A stretch of DNA of 64,000 bases from positions 1,632,001 through 1,696,000 of the forward strand of contig CAWBWI010000001.1 in NCBI GenBank assembly GCA_963792585.1, written 5' to 3'. This document shows, in pieces, positions 42,804 to 52,318 of the stretch. The notes beneath the pieces were generated by a model that saw only the letters and a list, made by a program, of their open reading frames with translations, had not been told where the DNA came from and did not search any database. Position numbers and translations under genes: made by a program. The stretch comes from Candidatus Eiseniibacteriota bacterium (lineage in GTDB: Bacteria; Eisenbacteria; RBG-16-71-46; CAIMUX01; VGJL01). Each line of letters starts with the position of its first letter. Within the stretch, counting starts at the first letter, position 1.

Positions 42804-42832
42804 AGCATAATGCTCAACATTAGTCAGGGCAA
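42804..42832 (-). promoter_or_regulatory. Sigma70-type promoter giving a leaderless transcript at the leader ATG
   Basis: TTGCCC-N17-TATGCT-N6-ATG. Confidence 0.68.
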
Positions 42833-42998
42833 GAGGATTCTACCGGACCCGAGAGGACGGGAAGCAACGCTGCACCGTATTGACACCCGCGCTGAGGCGA
42901 TGCAAGGATCGGTGCTCCAGTGCGAACGTCCCGGATGAACCCGAAGCAAACCCGGGATCGGTCCGGTGGACACGACCGAATGGCTCCAAGGAGGAATG

Positions 42999-43742
42999 AT
43001 GACCTGGCACCGGATGGACCGCGGATTCTCTCTCACGTTGGGGACGTTCTCCCTGCTCCTGCTCGCCCTCGCTTGGGCCCCGATCGTTCACGCCGCGGGC
43101 GGCGGCCAGGCATCGGCCGACTTCGTGATCGGTGTACCCAGCGGGGAATTCAAGGATCAGCTGGACAAGAACGGATACGGCGCCTCGGGCCGCATCGCGT
43201 GGCGGCCGCAAGGCAGTCCCATCCTCCTCGGTGTCGAGGGCGGCTTCATGGTCCTCGGCCACGAGTCGCGTCGCGAGCCGTTCAGCACCACCATCCCCGA
43301 CGTGACAGTCGAGGTCGTGACGGACAACAATCTGGTCCAGGGCGACTTTCTGCTCCGCCTTCAGCCCTCCGGTGGCGCCGTGCGTCCCTACGCCGATGGG
43401 CTCATCGGATTCAACTACCTCTTCACCAAGACGGCGATCAAGAACGCGAGCAACGATGAAGAGGTCGCGAGTTCAACGAACTTCGACGACACGACGATCA
43501 ACTACGGCGGCGGCGGGGGTTTGATGTTCGTCGTCTACACGGGCAAGAAGGCGGAGACGCCCGGAAAGTCCGACGTGAAGAACGTCATGATCGACGTGGG
43601 GGTTCGTTACATGGCGGGCGGCGAGGCGCGCTATCTCAAGAAGGGCTCCATCCGCCGGGAAGAAGGCCGTGTCCGCTACCGCGTCAGCGAATCGAAGACC
43701 GACCTCGTCACTATCCGGATCGGCGCGGCGGTGGAGTTCTAG
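42999..43742 (+). CDS. Outer-membrane beta-barrel protein (OmpA-barrel-like)
   Basis: AAGGAGG SD, signal peptide, VRPY, YGGGGG, terminal Phe (AAVEF). Confidence 0.75.
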   Translation: MTWHRMDRGFSLTLGTFSLLLLALAWAPIVHAAGGGQASADFVIGVPSGEFKDQLDKNGYGASGRIAWRPQGSPILLGVEGGFMVLGHESRREPFSTTIPDVTVEVVTDNNLVQGDFLLRLQPSGGAVRPYADGLIGFNYLFTKTAIKNASNDEEVASSTNFDDTTINYGGGGGLMFVVYTGKKAETPGKSDVKNVMIDVGVRYMAGGEARYLKKGSIRREEGRVRYRVSESKTDLVTIRIGAAVEF

Positions 43743-43955
43743 AGACCGACCGTGAGTCCCAGCGGGACGCGGCGGGACGGCCCCCGCCGCGATCCCCAAG
43801 CCCACACTACAGCCTCCTTGTAGCAACGAGAATGTGTTCACAATCAATTCCTCACAATCGCCTTGTCCTCAAGCAATAAAACTCCATAGGATCCTCGGTT
43901 CGCTGAATACGGCCGCCGCGACGCGATTGACATGAAATCCCAAGGAGGGGCGACC

Positions 43956-44756
43956 GTGGCCAAGGAACAGGACAAGATCAGTCAAACTTTGAAGCAACTC
44001 GCCGAACAGGCGCGTTTGGATTCGATCGGCAGCATCGACTACCTCACGAACGCCAAGGCGATCGCTCTCGCCGACGGCAAGGTCCAGGATGCCATCAAGG
44101 AAGTTCTGAAACGAGACATGCGACTGACGGAGATTCGCCCCATGCGCGGCTTCGGCTCCGGCCTCATGTCCTTCCCCATCCAATTGGTATTCCGTTCGGG
44201 AACCGGTGACAGCCCGATCGATCTCGAGACCGTGTCCTTGGTCGTCACGGTGGAGATCCCCACGCGCTCGGTCAAGCGCGTCGCCGAGGCTCCCGCCGGG
44301 ATCGAGGGAGCTGCGGGGGACATCCCCTTCTCGATCGCGGCGACGGCGCACGCCCCCTATCGCGGCGCGCCGCTCACCGAACTCCAGGGCAGGACGATGC
44401 GGGAGAGCGCATTCTACGCCGGCCTCGGATTCCCCGTGGGTGCAGGTCGCCCGTCGGCGGGGCAGTGGACGATCGACGACTACAAGACCAGCGACACCCC
44501 CACGGGAACGGACACCGGGAGCACCTCCTACTCCGACGGCGTGGCCGACGACTCGGAGGTCGACGATTCGGGTTCCGACGAGCCAGTCATCGACGACCAC
44601 ATCACCGAGGGGCACCCGGGAGATCCCGGATACTGGTCGCCGTTCGATCCGGGCCGCCCTTTCGGAGGCGATCTCCCCCGACCCGGCGACCGTCCGGGTG
44701 TCGGCCCGCGACCGGATCCGCGAGGAGGCACTGCCCGCAAGCGGTCCGGACGATGA
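43956..44756 (+). CDS. Putative large graspetide precursor
   Basis: AAGGAGG SD + GTG; Thr/Ser-rich then Asp-rich segment around a DG turn; ATGA-coupled to the ATP-grasp. Confidence 0.68.
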   Translation: MAKEQDKISQTLKQLAEQARLDSIGSIDYLTNAKAIALADGKVQDAIKEVLKRDMRLTEIRPMRGFGSGLMSFPIQLVFRSGTGDSPIDLETVSLVVTVEIPTRSVKRVAEAPAGIEGAAGDIPFSIAATAHAPYRGAPLTELQGRTMRESAFYAGLGFPVGAGRPSAGQWTIDDYKTSDTPTGTDTGSTSYSDGVADDSEVDDSGSDEPVIDDHITEGHPGDPGYWSPFDPGRPFGGDLPRPGDRPGVGPRPDPRGGTARKRSGR

Positions 44757-45679
44757 TTCTCCTGATCGCGGAGCCGCAGGATGTCCACGCACGCGTGGTG
44801 GCGCGCCGCCTCGAGCTGCGCGGTGTCTCTCATGCGATCGTGAACTCAGCCGATTTTCCACAGCGCCTGAGGATCTCCGCGCGCTATGCGGATGGCCGCT
44901 TCGCGATCCGCATGGCGAACGGCTCCCCCATCGTCCAGGACGAGGAGATCCAGGGCGTCTGGTTGCGCCGATTCCACGCGCACGACATCTCGACGGCGAT
45001 CTCTGACGAGGCGGTTGCCGCATTCGCCTATCGGGAGGCGCGCGAGCTGTTCCTTGGCTGGACGGCCAGCGTGCGCAATGTCATCAATCCTCGCAGCGAG
45101 GAGTGGCGGGCGGAGCTGAAGCCGTTCCAGCTCTTCGCTGCGCAGGAAGTCGGCCTGCGAATCCCGCGAACCCTGGTCTCGAACGACCCGGCCGAGATCC
45201 ACGCGTTCGCCGACTCGCTCGGCGGCGAGGCGATCTTCAAGGTCCTCTCGGCGACACCGTTCCAGTTCACGGCAACTACGGTCCTCGAGGAACGTCATCT
45301 GGCGATGCTCGATGCCGCGCCCCTCGCGCCCACGATATTCCAGGAACGGATCCGGGCCGACCGGCACCTGCGCGTGACGGTGGTGGACGACCATGTCTTC
45401 ACGGCGGCGATCGAGCCGGTCCGCGAGGAGGGGATGCTCGACTGGAGGCTGGATCGCGACCCGAAGATGGAACCCTACGACCTACCCGAATCGATCGAGC
45501 AGGGCGTGCTGGCGTTGCGCCGCCGGCTCGGATTGCGGTTTGGGGCGATCGACATGATCCTCGACACCAAGGGCGAGTACGTATTCCTGGAGATCAACCC
45601 GGGCGGGCAGTGGCTCTTCGCCGAGATTCATGCGGGGCTGCCGATCTCGGACGCGATCGCGGATGCGCTGATCGGGTAG
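44753..45679 (+). CDS. MvdC/MvdD-family ATP-grasp peptide maturase
   Basis: KPFQL..A..VGL.IP.TL.SND, IFK, APTIFQERI, LRVTVV, DWR, FGAIDMI, FLEINPGGQWLF. Confidence 0.92.
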   Translation: MILLIAEPQDVHARVVARRLELRGVSHAIVNSADFPQRLRISARYADGRFAIRMANGSPIVQDEEIQGVWLRRFHAHDISTAISDEAVAAFAYREARELFLGWTASVRNVINPRSEEWRAELKPFQLFAAQEVGLRIPRTLVSNDPAEIHAFADSLGGEAIFKVLSATPFQFTATTVLEERHLAMLDAAPLAPTIFQERIRADRHLRVTVVDDHVFTAAIEPVREEGMLDWRLDRDPKMEPYDLPESIEQGVLALRRRLGLRFGAIDMILDTKGEYVFLEINPGGQWLFAEIHAGLPISDAIADALIG

Positions 45680-45802
45680 GCGGAACGGGACGTGGCCGCC
45701 CGTTCCCGCCGCGGAGATCCCCTGGCGGATCTGCCTGGTGCGCTCCTCGCCCCTCTGCGTTAGCCTCCCCGGAGAGCCGGCAACCCACTCCGAGGAGGAC
45801 CC

Positions 45803-47791
45803 ATGCCGCACCCCCCACAGCCCGATTTCACGAAGCTCCCGATCGATCGCGAGGATGTATGGCAAGGCGGGATGTTCCGCTTTCCCTCCTGGGTCGAGCC
45901 CCGGGGGGATCGTGCCCCCTTCCGACCCTGGCTTGCCATCTGGTGCAGCGGCGTGACCGGGCATGCGTTTTCGCCAAAGCTCGGCGAGGATCCGGCCAGA
46001 GACGCCGGTCTCCTCATCGGTGCGCTCCGGGAGACGTTTCGCAAGGCCGGCAGGGAGGCGTCCCTCCCCGCCCGACTTCAAGTGAGCGATCCTGAAGACG
46101 CAGCGATCGTTCGCGCGGCGGTCGAGGGTACCGGCGTCATCGTCGAGGTCGCCGATCGACTGGAAGCCTTCACGGAGTTCCGGGACGAGATGCGGAAGCA
46201 TGCTCGGCAGGATCAGACGATCGATCCCCTCACCGACGATCCGGAGATCAGCGTGGAGCAGGTGCGCTCATTCGCGGAGGCGGCGGCCGCCTTCTACCTC
46301 TACGAGCCCTGGGATCATTTCGACCAGGACGACCTCATCGAAATCGAGTGCGACCTTGCCGACGCGAAGCTCCGCCTGGCCACGGTCATGGGATCCGGAA
46401 ACGAGGAGTTCGGGATCTTCTTCATGGAATCGCAGGAGCAGTACGATTCAATCCTCTCGGGCACAGAGAGTGATGGAAGGATCGTCCGTCTGGGCGGAGA
46501 TTGGGGCGTCACCTTCTGCCCCCCCTACGAGATCCCCGTCGCGGAGCATGATCTCTGGGAAGACCACGGACTCCCTCTGGCGGACGCCGACGCGTACCCT
46601 TGCCCCGTGAGGATCGGCCCGAGCCGGCGGGTCGGGCGCCCCAACGCTCGCCAGCTTGCCTATTTCGAGGGACTGATGCGCGCTCTGACGCAGTCGACCG
46701 AGGACGAGATGGATTCCGGGCGATGGGAGAAGACGGTCTCCACGAGTTCGGGGATGACTACGATCCGGCTGCGTCTCCCGGGCGTCTTGGCGGACGAGGC
46801 CGGCGATCCCGCCGCGCAGTCAGGTCTGCGAACGGACCGCCGTGGTATCGAGAAGGGGATCTCGGAGATCCAGCGTTTCATGGCCACGCAGAATTTCAGC
46901 AACATCGAGGAGGCGGAGGCCGCGATCCAGTCGCGGTTCCTCGGTCGCTCGATCGACAGTTTCCCGTCCACCGCAGCCACACCACTCGAACGGGCGCAGG
47001 AGATCATGTACGACGCATTCGAGGCCCGTGGCCGGACAAGGATCAAGCTCGCTCGCCGGGCCTTGGCGATCTCGCCCGACTGCGCGGACGCATACGGCTT
47101 GCTTGCCGCGCGCACGAACAACTTGGACAAGGCGCGGGATCTCCTGAAGGAGGCGGTCGCGGCCGGCGAGCGCGCGGTCCGATCCCTCGGCATCGATGCC
47201 GGAGAGATCGCATGGGGCGATATCCGGTGTCGGCCCTACCTTCGCGCCCGCTTCGCGCTTGCGGGGGTTCTCAGAGGATTCGGAGAAGTCGAAGACGCGT
47301 TGCGGGAGTTCGTCGAGATTCTGCGAACGGACCCGGACGATCATCAGGGGGTCCGGTACGAACTGCTGACGTTGCTGCTCGAGCTCAAGAAGGACCGTGA
47401 GGCTCACGCTCTTCTCGAGCAATTCCCGGACGAGGGCGGCGCGCTGTGGCCTTACGCGCGCGCACTGCTCGCCTACAGACAGGAAGGCGGAAGCGCCGAG
47501 GCAGATCGACTGGCCGATCGCGCCCTGAAGGCGAACCCCTTCATGTGGAAGTTCCTCGCCGGGACTCAAGATCCGCCGTTCGACGTGCCGGAGGCCTATC
47601 GGCCGGGCAGCCGGGAGGAAGCGATCGTCTTCGCCGAGGATCTCGCGCCGATCTGGCAGGACACGCCGGGAGCGGCAGAGTGGATCCGGTCGCGGGGACG
47701 GAGTCGATCGAAGGAGAAGGCCGGCGGCGGGAAGTCCGGCGCCGGTGGGCGTGGGAAACCGAAAGGGCCAAAGAAGCAGAAGCCACGCTGA
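45803..47791 (+). CDS. Conserved hypothetical protein with ST7-like/TPR C-terminal region
   Basis: GAGGAGG SD; AQEIMYDAFE...ALAISPDCADAY...RPYLRAR...DP.D.QGVRY. Confidence 0.7.
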   Translation: MPHPPQPDFTKLPIDREDVWQGGMFRFPSWVEPRGDRAPFRPWLAIWCSGVTGHAFSPKLGEDPARDAGLLIGALRETFRKAGREASLPARLQVSDPEDAAIVRAAVEGTGVIVEVADRLEAFTEFRDEMRKHARQDQTIDPLTDDPEISVEQVRSFAEAAAAFYLYEPWDHFDQDDLIEIECDLADAKLRLATVMGSGNEEFGIFFMESQEQYDSILSGTESDGRIVRLGGDWGVTFCPPYEIPVAEHDLWEDHGLPLADADAYPCPVRIGPSRRVGRPNARQLAYFEGLMRALTQSTEDEMDSGRWEKTVSTSSGMTTIRLRLPGVLADEAGDPAAQSGLRTDRRGIEKGISEIQRFMATQNFSNIEEAEAAIQSRFLGRSIDSFPSTAATPLERAQEIMYDAFEARGRTRIKLARRALAISPDCADAYGLLAARTNNLDKARDLLKEAVAAGERAVRSLGIDAGEIAWGDIRCRPYLRARFALAGVLRGFGEVEDALREFVEILRTDPDDHQGVRYELLTLLLELKKDREAHALLEQFPDEGGALWPYARALLAYRQEGGSAEADRLADRALKANPFMWKFLAGTQDPPFDVPEAYRPGSREEAIVFAEDLAPIWQDTPGAAEWIRSRGRSRSKEKAGGGKSGAGGRGKPKGPKKQKPR

Positions 47792-47899
47792 ACCGCTCGA
47801 TCCGGCTTCCGGGTTTACGAGAGATTCGTTTCGCGGGGCAACCGACGCCGCTCACAGGTGCATGAAGGAATCATCCTCCGCCGAGGTGATGCTGGAGTC

Positions 47900-50800
47900 C
47901 TAGACAGGCGTATCCCCGCCAGCGACCAATCCCCGAAGCCTCTCCACCTCGCGTCTGGCGTACGGCGACTGGCAATTGGCGACGATCGAGGCGTAAGCGG
48001 CAAGCGTCTCCCGCGCCTCATCCGGCCGGCCGAGGGCGAGGAGAGTCTCGACGTGGTCCGGTCCGACAAAGAGATGAACCACCGTCGATTCCGACCTTCC
48101 CAGCATCGCGAGGGTCTCATCGATCAGACGCAGGGCCTTGTCGAACCGGCCTTGCCGGATCCGGATGTGGGCCATGCAACGCCAGGCCTCCCCCTTCATG
48201 TGCGTCAGGTCGAGGGCCTCGGCGCGCTCGATTCCCTGGAGACCGACCACCTCCGCCTCCTCCAGATGGCCGAGCTCGGCTAGGGCCCAACCGAGGTAGC
48301 AGACCAAGAGGCAGCCGAGACGGCGCTCGTCCAGGGCGTTGGCGAGCGTGATCCCTTCACGGAATTCACGCTCCGCACGATCCAGGTCCCCCAGCATACC
48401 CGCGCACAGCCCCGCGTACATGTACGACCATGCCAGTCGCTCGCGCGAGTGCATCCGCCGAGCGATCTCGCGTTCCCGATCGGCGTAGACGAGTCCTTCC
48501 TTCCACTCGCCCGTGCTGACCGCATCTTCTCCCAGGAACTCGTAGCCGACCGCGATGGCGAGAGGGATCCCGAACTTCTCCCCGAAGGCGATCACAGTGC
48601 GCGCCCAGCGGTCGGCGTCGTCGAAGAGGCCGAGGTGCTGATGTGCGCCGGCGAGATATGCGTAAAGCGGGATCAATGCGGCCGCCTGAGGGGAGCCGAT
48701 CTGCGTCTGATCGGGCGCCGGCGCGGCCAGGGCGGCCGCCTGCTCCATCAACTCGATCGCCTTGCGATGACGTCCGGCGAGGTGGTGGAAGCGGCCCGCG
48801 ACGGTCATCGCATAGGCGACCTCGAACGGCTCCGTCTTGGGATCGAGCAACTCGAGCGCCTGCTGGACGTAAACGAGCCCCCGGGGATCGGCGTTCGTCA
48901 CGAGCGCGCTCGCGGCCAGCGACTGCAGCCGAGCCCGGTGCAGCGGTTCGGTCGCGAGCGCGAGCGCCCGCTCGAAGTGCTCGCATGAGCCCACGAACTC
49001 GCCACGCAGCATGAACGCCCGTCCGATCGATTCTTCCAGCGCGACCTGCTCCGCGGGCAAACGGAGCGCCTCGGCGCACTCGAGCGCTCGGGTGTAGGCC
49101 GCGATCGCCTCGTCGTACGCGAAGACCTGCTCGGCTGCGGCCGCGGCCTCCTTCGCGAACGCGAGTCCCCGTTCATGATCGCCCGCCTGGATGAAGTGGT
49201 GCGCAAGCGTTTCCGCCGGCACAACGGCGCGTCGGCGGAGGAGCTCGAGCCCCTCCGCGATCCGGAGGTGGAGTCGGCGGCGACGGACCGGGTTCATCTC
49301 CTCGTAGAGGACCTCTCGGATCTTGTCGTGTGTGAAAGCGAAGGAATCGCCGCGTTCCGCGGCGATCAGTTGCGCGGCCGCCGCCTCATCGAGCGCGTCG
49401 AGGATTGCGTCCTCGCCGCGGTCGCCGGCGGCAATCACGAGCTTCTCGAAATCGAAGATCTTCCCAAGGACGGAGGCGGCGCGGAGGATCTCGTTGCACT
49501 CGGGGCGCACACGGTCGAGGCGATTGCCGATCGCGGCCTTCATGCTCTGCGGGATCGACAGCTCGGTGATCTCGCTGCGCGTCCACTCCCCACCTTCGCG
49601 CCGGACGGACCCCTGTTCGATCAGCGACTTCAGGACTTCCTCGACGAAGAACGGGTTTCCCTCGGTCTCCTTCTGAACCGCCTCCGCGAACTCGAGGCTC
49701 ACGTCCTCCCCCAGGAGCGCTCCGAGCTGCGCCCGCGTCTCCTCGACCGCAAAGCGGCGCAGGGCGATTCGGGTCGTGAGGCGTTCTCGATTCCAGTCGA
49801 CCAACGCCTTCCCGAGCGGGTGGGCCCTGTCGAGATCCGTCTCGCGGTACGACGCGGCAACGAGGAGCCGCTCCTCCCTGAGGTTCCGCATGAGATGTCC
49901 CAGGAGCCAGAGGGTGCTGGCGTCGGCCCAGTGAAGATCGTCGATGTAGAAGAGCAGGCCGCGACGCAGCGACAGCTCGCGCAGGGTCTGCGCGACCGCG
50001 TCGAAGAACAGGAGGCGCTCTTCTTGCGGCGACAGCTGGGGCCGGTCCGGGAACGGACCGAGGCGGGTTTCCAGCTCGGGAGCGAGCTTTGCGATCTGGG
50101 GCGCGTTCTCCCCGAGGAGCGCGCGCAGGGTCCCGTCGTTCGCAGTCTCACGCACCCAGCGGCGGAAGGCTTCGACGAACGGCAGATACGGGGTCGTTGC
50201 CTCGTACTCGTAGCAGCCCCCGGCCATGACGATCGCGCCGTCGAGTGCTCCCTGGATCTGGAGTTCCCGGGCGAGCCGGGTCTTTCCCGCACCGGGCTCT
50301 CCGCTCACGAGAACGCAGTGGCCGCGCCGGTCGAGCGCCCGCCTCCAAAGATCCCGCGCTTCGGACAACTCGCGGGAGCGTCCGACGAGACGACCTCGCG
50401 AAAGGGCGTCCAGAAGCGCCACGGCGCCGGTATCCCCCGTCGTCGCGACGGCCGGAGCGGCGAGCGCATCCCGCAGCGCGGCCGCAGTCTCGGCGGCGGT
50501 CGCGAAGCGCTGCTCGGGATTCTTGGCGAGGAGGCGCAGGATGACACTCTCGATCGTCACCGGCAGGTCGGGCCGGATCACGCGGGGTGGGACGACGGGC
50601 GCGTGAACGTGCTGCGAGATGACGGCGAGCGGATCGTCGCCCGTGAATGGAAGACGTCCCGTGGTCAGCTCATAGAGGACGACACCCAAGGCGTAGAGGT
50701 CGGCGCGACCGTCGATGGAACGCCCCAGCGCCTGTTCGGGAGCCATGTACCCCACACTGCCCGCGATCCCTTCGGCATGGGTCAGGGAGGAATCGCGCAC

Positions 50801-51328
50801 GGGCATCGCAATCCCAAGGTCGGCGAGCTTGATGTTCGTGCGCCCGTCACCCTCGACGAGAAGTACGTTCTCCGGCTTCAGATCGCGGTGTACCAGATGG
50901 TGGCTGTGGGCATGCTCGAGCGCTTCGCAGACCTGGCAGCCGATGTCGACGATCCCCGAAAGGTCCTGCGGCGCAACCTGGCGGAGGGTCCTCCCGAGCA
51001 CGAGCTCCATCACGAAGAATGGCACGCCATGCTCCTCACCGACGTCGTGCACCGCCACCACGCGCGGGTGGTTCAGCGCCGCAGCCGCGCGGGCCTCACT
51101 CAGGAGACGGCCGCGCGCGTTGGGACTCGAGGCCGTCTCGGGGAGCACTTTGATCGCCACCTCCCGCTTCAGCTCGAGATCGGTGGCACGGAAGACGATG
51201 CCCATCCCCCCTCGCCCGAGTTCCGAGTCGAGGCGGTAGCGCCCGCGCAATACGACCCCCGGGACGAGGCGGATTCCGGCGATCGCTCTTGAATCGGTGA
51301 CGCGGGTCTCTTCGGGATCGGGATTCAT
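47900..51328 (-). CDS. Ser/Thr kinase - STAND ATPase (AAA_16) - TPR protein
   Basis: LGRGGMG, HRDLKPEN, DLG, YMAPEQ; GEPGAGKT, IDDLHWAD, GNPFF, FTHDKIRE; TPRs. Confidence 0.95.
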   Translation of the reverse strand: MNPDPEETRVTDSRAIAGIRLVPGVVLRGRYRLDSELGRGGMGIVFRATDLELKREVAIKVLPETASSPNARGRLLSEARAAAALNHPRVVAVHDVGEEHGVPFFVMELVLGRTLRQVAPQDLSGIVDIGCQVCEALEHAHSHHLVHRDLKPENVLLVEGDGRTNIKLADLGIAMPVRDSSLTHAEGIAGSVGYMAPEQALGRSIDGRADLYALGVVLYELTTGRLPFTGDDPLAVISQHVHAPVVPPRVIRPDLPVTIESVILRLLAKNPEQRFATAAETAAALRDALAAPAVATTGDTGAVALLDALSRGRLVGRSRELSEARDLWRRALDRRGHCVLVSGEPGAGKTRLARELQIQGALDGAIVMAGGCYEYEATTPYLPFVEAFRRWVRETANDGTLRALLGENAPQIAKLAPELETRLGPFPDRPQLSPQEERLLFFDAVAQTLRELSLRRGLLFYIDDLHWADASTLWLLGHLMRNLREERLLVAASYRETDLDRAHPLGKALVDWNRERLTTRIALRRFAVEETRAQLGALLGEDVSLEFAEAVQKETEGNPFFVEEVLKSLIEQGSVRREGGEWTRSEITELSIPQSMKAAIGNRLDRVRPECNEILRAASVLGKIFDFEKLVIAAGDRGEDAILDALDEAAAAQLIAAERGDSFAFTHDKIREVLYEEMNPVRRRRLHLRIAEGLELLRRRAVVPAETLAHHFIQAGDHERGLAFAKEAAAAAEQVFAYDEAIAAYTRALECAEALRLPAEQVALEESIGRAFMLRGEFVGSCEHFERALALATEPLHRARLQSLAASALVTNADPRGLVYVQQALELLDPKTEPFEVAYAMTVAGRFHHLAGRHRKAIELMEQAAALAAPAPDQTQIGSPQAAALIPLYAYLAGAHQHLGLFDDADRWARTVIAFGEKFGIPLAIAVGYEFLGEDAVSTGEWKEGLVYADREREIARRMHSRERLAWSYMYAGLCAGMLGDLDRAEREFREGITLANALDERRLGCLLVCYLGWALAELGHLEEAEVVGLQGIERAEALDLTHMKGEAWRCMAHIRIRQGRFDKALRLIDETLAMLGRSESTVVHLFVGPDHVETLLALGRPDEARETLAAYASIVANCQSPYARREVERLRGLVAGGDTPV

Positions 51329-51379
51329 GGAGGGAGGATACCACTCGGGTGTGGGGCGGACTTCACTGGATCCAGCCTC

Positions 51380-52318
51380 CTATGGATCGGTCCGGCTCTC
51401 GTGCGGGTGCGCGTCAGCCCCCCAGATCGGAACATATCCACACTCCTCCACGATCCGCTGTCCCTCCGCCCCAAGCACCCAGTCGATGAACTCCTTGATG
51501 GGGCCCTCAGGCGGCGCGGCGGCGTAGAGGTACAGGTAGCGCGCAATCGGGTAGGCGCCCGAGCGCACATTCGTCGGCGTCGGCGCAACTTCGTCGATCC
51601 GGCAATGGTAGACTTGATTGCCGAAAGCGAGACCACCGAAACCGATTGCGGCGCGGTCGTGCGCGACTGCATCCGCAAGCGCCCAGGTCCCTGATATCGT
51701 CGCGGCAGCAGGTGCGTATTCGTCCCCTTGAAGGACGTGCTCTTGAAGGAAGGCGCGCGTTCCGGAGTTTGGCTCCCGGATACATACCCGGACCCGCTCA
51801 TCCAGTCCCCCCACATCTCTCCAGTTCTGGATACTCCCATTCAGCAACTCGCGCACCTGATCAAGGCTCAGATTCCGTACCGGGTTTCCGAAGTTCAGAT
51901 AGATGCTCAACGCGTCCCGCGCGCTGAGGATCTGGATCCCGACGCTCCCCGTCCGCTCGAGCAGGCGCCGCGTTTCGTCGGCGGAGAGCGGCCGCGACGA
52001 GGTGCACAGATCGGTCTTCCCCTTGATCAACGCCTCCACCCCCGCGCGTGAACCACCGCCATCGACACGCACGACCACTCCCTGGTGGCTGCGCATGAAT
52101 TCCTCCGCCCAGCGGCGTCCCAGGAACGCCATCGTGTCCGAACCCTGTATGTGGATCTCTCTACCGTCGGCGGGGCGGACGGCTGGCGCCGGCCGGGGCG
52201 CTGCGCAACCGCAAACTCCGAGCGCGAGGACGATCCCACAGAGGAGAGACTTCCGGACAATGGGCCGGCGCACGAGGACGCCCCATCGAGTTGATTCGCG
52301 AGGACGAGGTGTCTTCAT
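51380..52318 (-). CDS. pstS: Phosphate-binding lipoprotein PstS-like
   Basis: Lipobox, GSDTM, GGGS..G, SSR, W..VGG, RE.NSGT, YPIARYLY. Confidence 0.88.
   Translation of the reverse strand: MKTPRPRESTRWGVLVRRPIVRKSLLCGIVLALGVCGCAAPRPAPAVRPADGREIHIQGSDTMAFLGRRWAEEFMRSHQGVVVRVDGGGSRAGVEALIKGKTDLCTSSRPLSADETRRLLERTGSVGIQILSARDALSIYLNFGNPVRNLSLDQVRELLNGSIQNWRDVGGLDERVRVCIREPNSGTRAFLQEHVLQGDEYAPAAATISGTWALADAVAHDRAAIGFGGLAFGNQVYHCRIDEVAPTPTNVRSGAYPIARYLYLYAAAPPEGPIKEFIDWVLGAEGQRIVEECGYVPIWGADAHPHESRTDP

Noticed and set aside
42791..42820. Alternative micro-ORF MLSIMLITC on the minus strand
   Set aside because: Starts inside the predicted promoter spacer, so it would not be on the transcript
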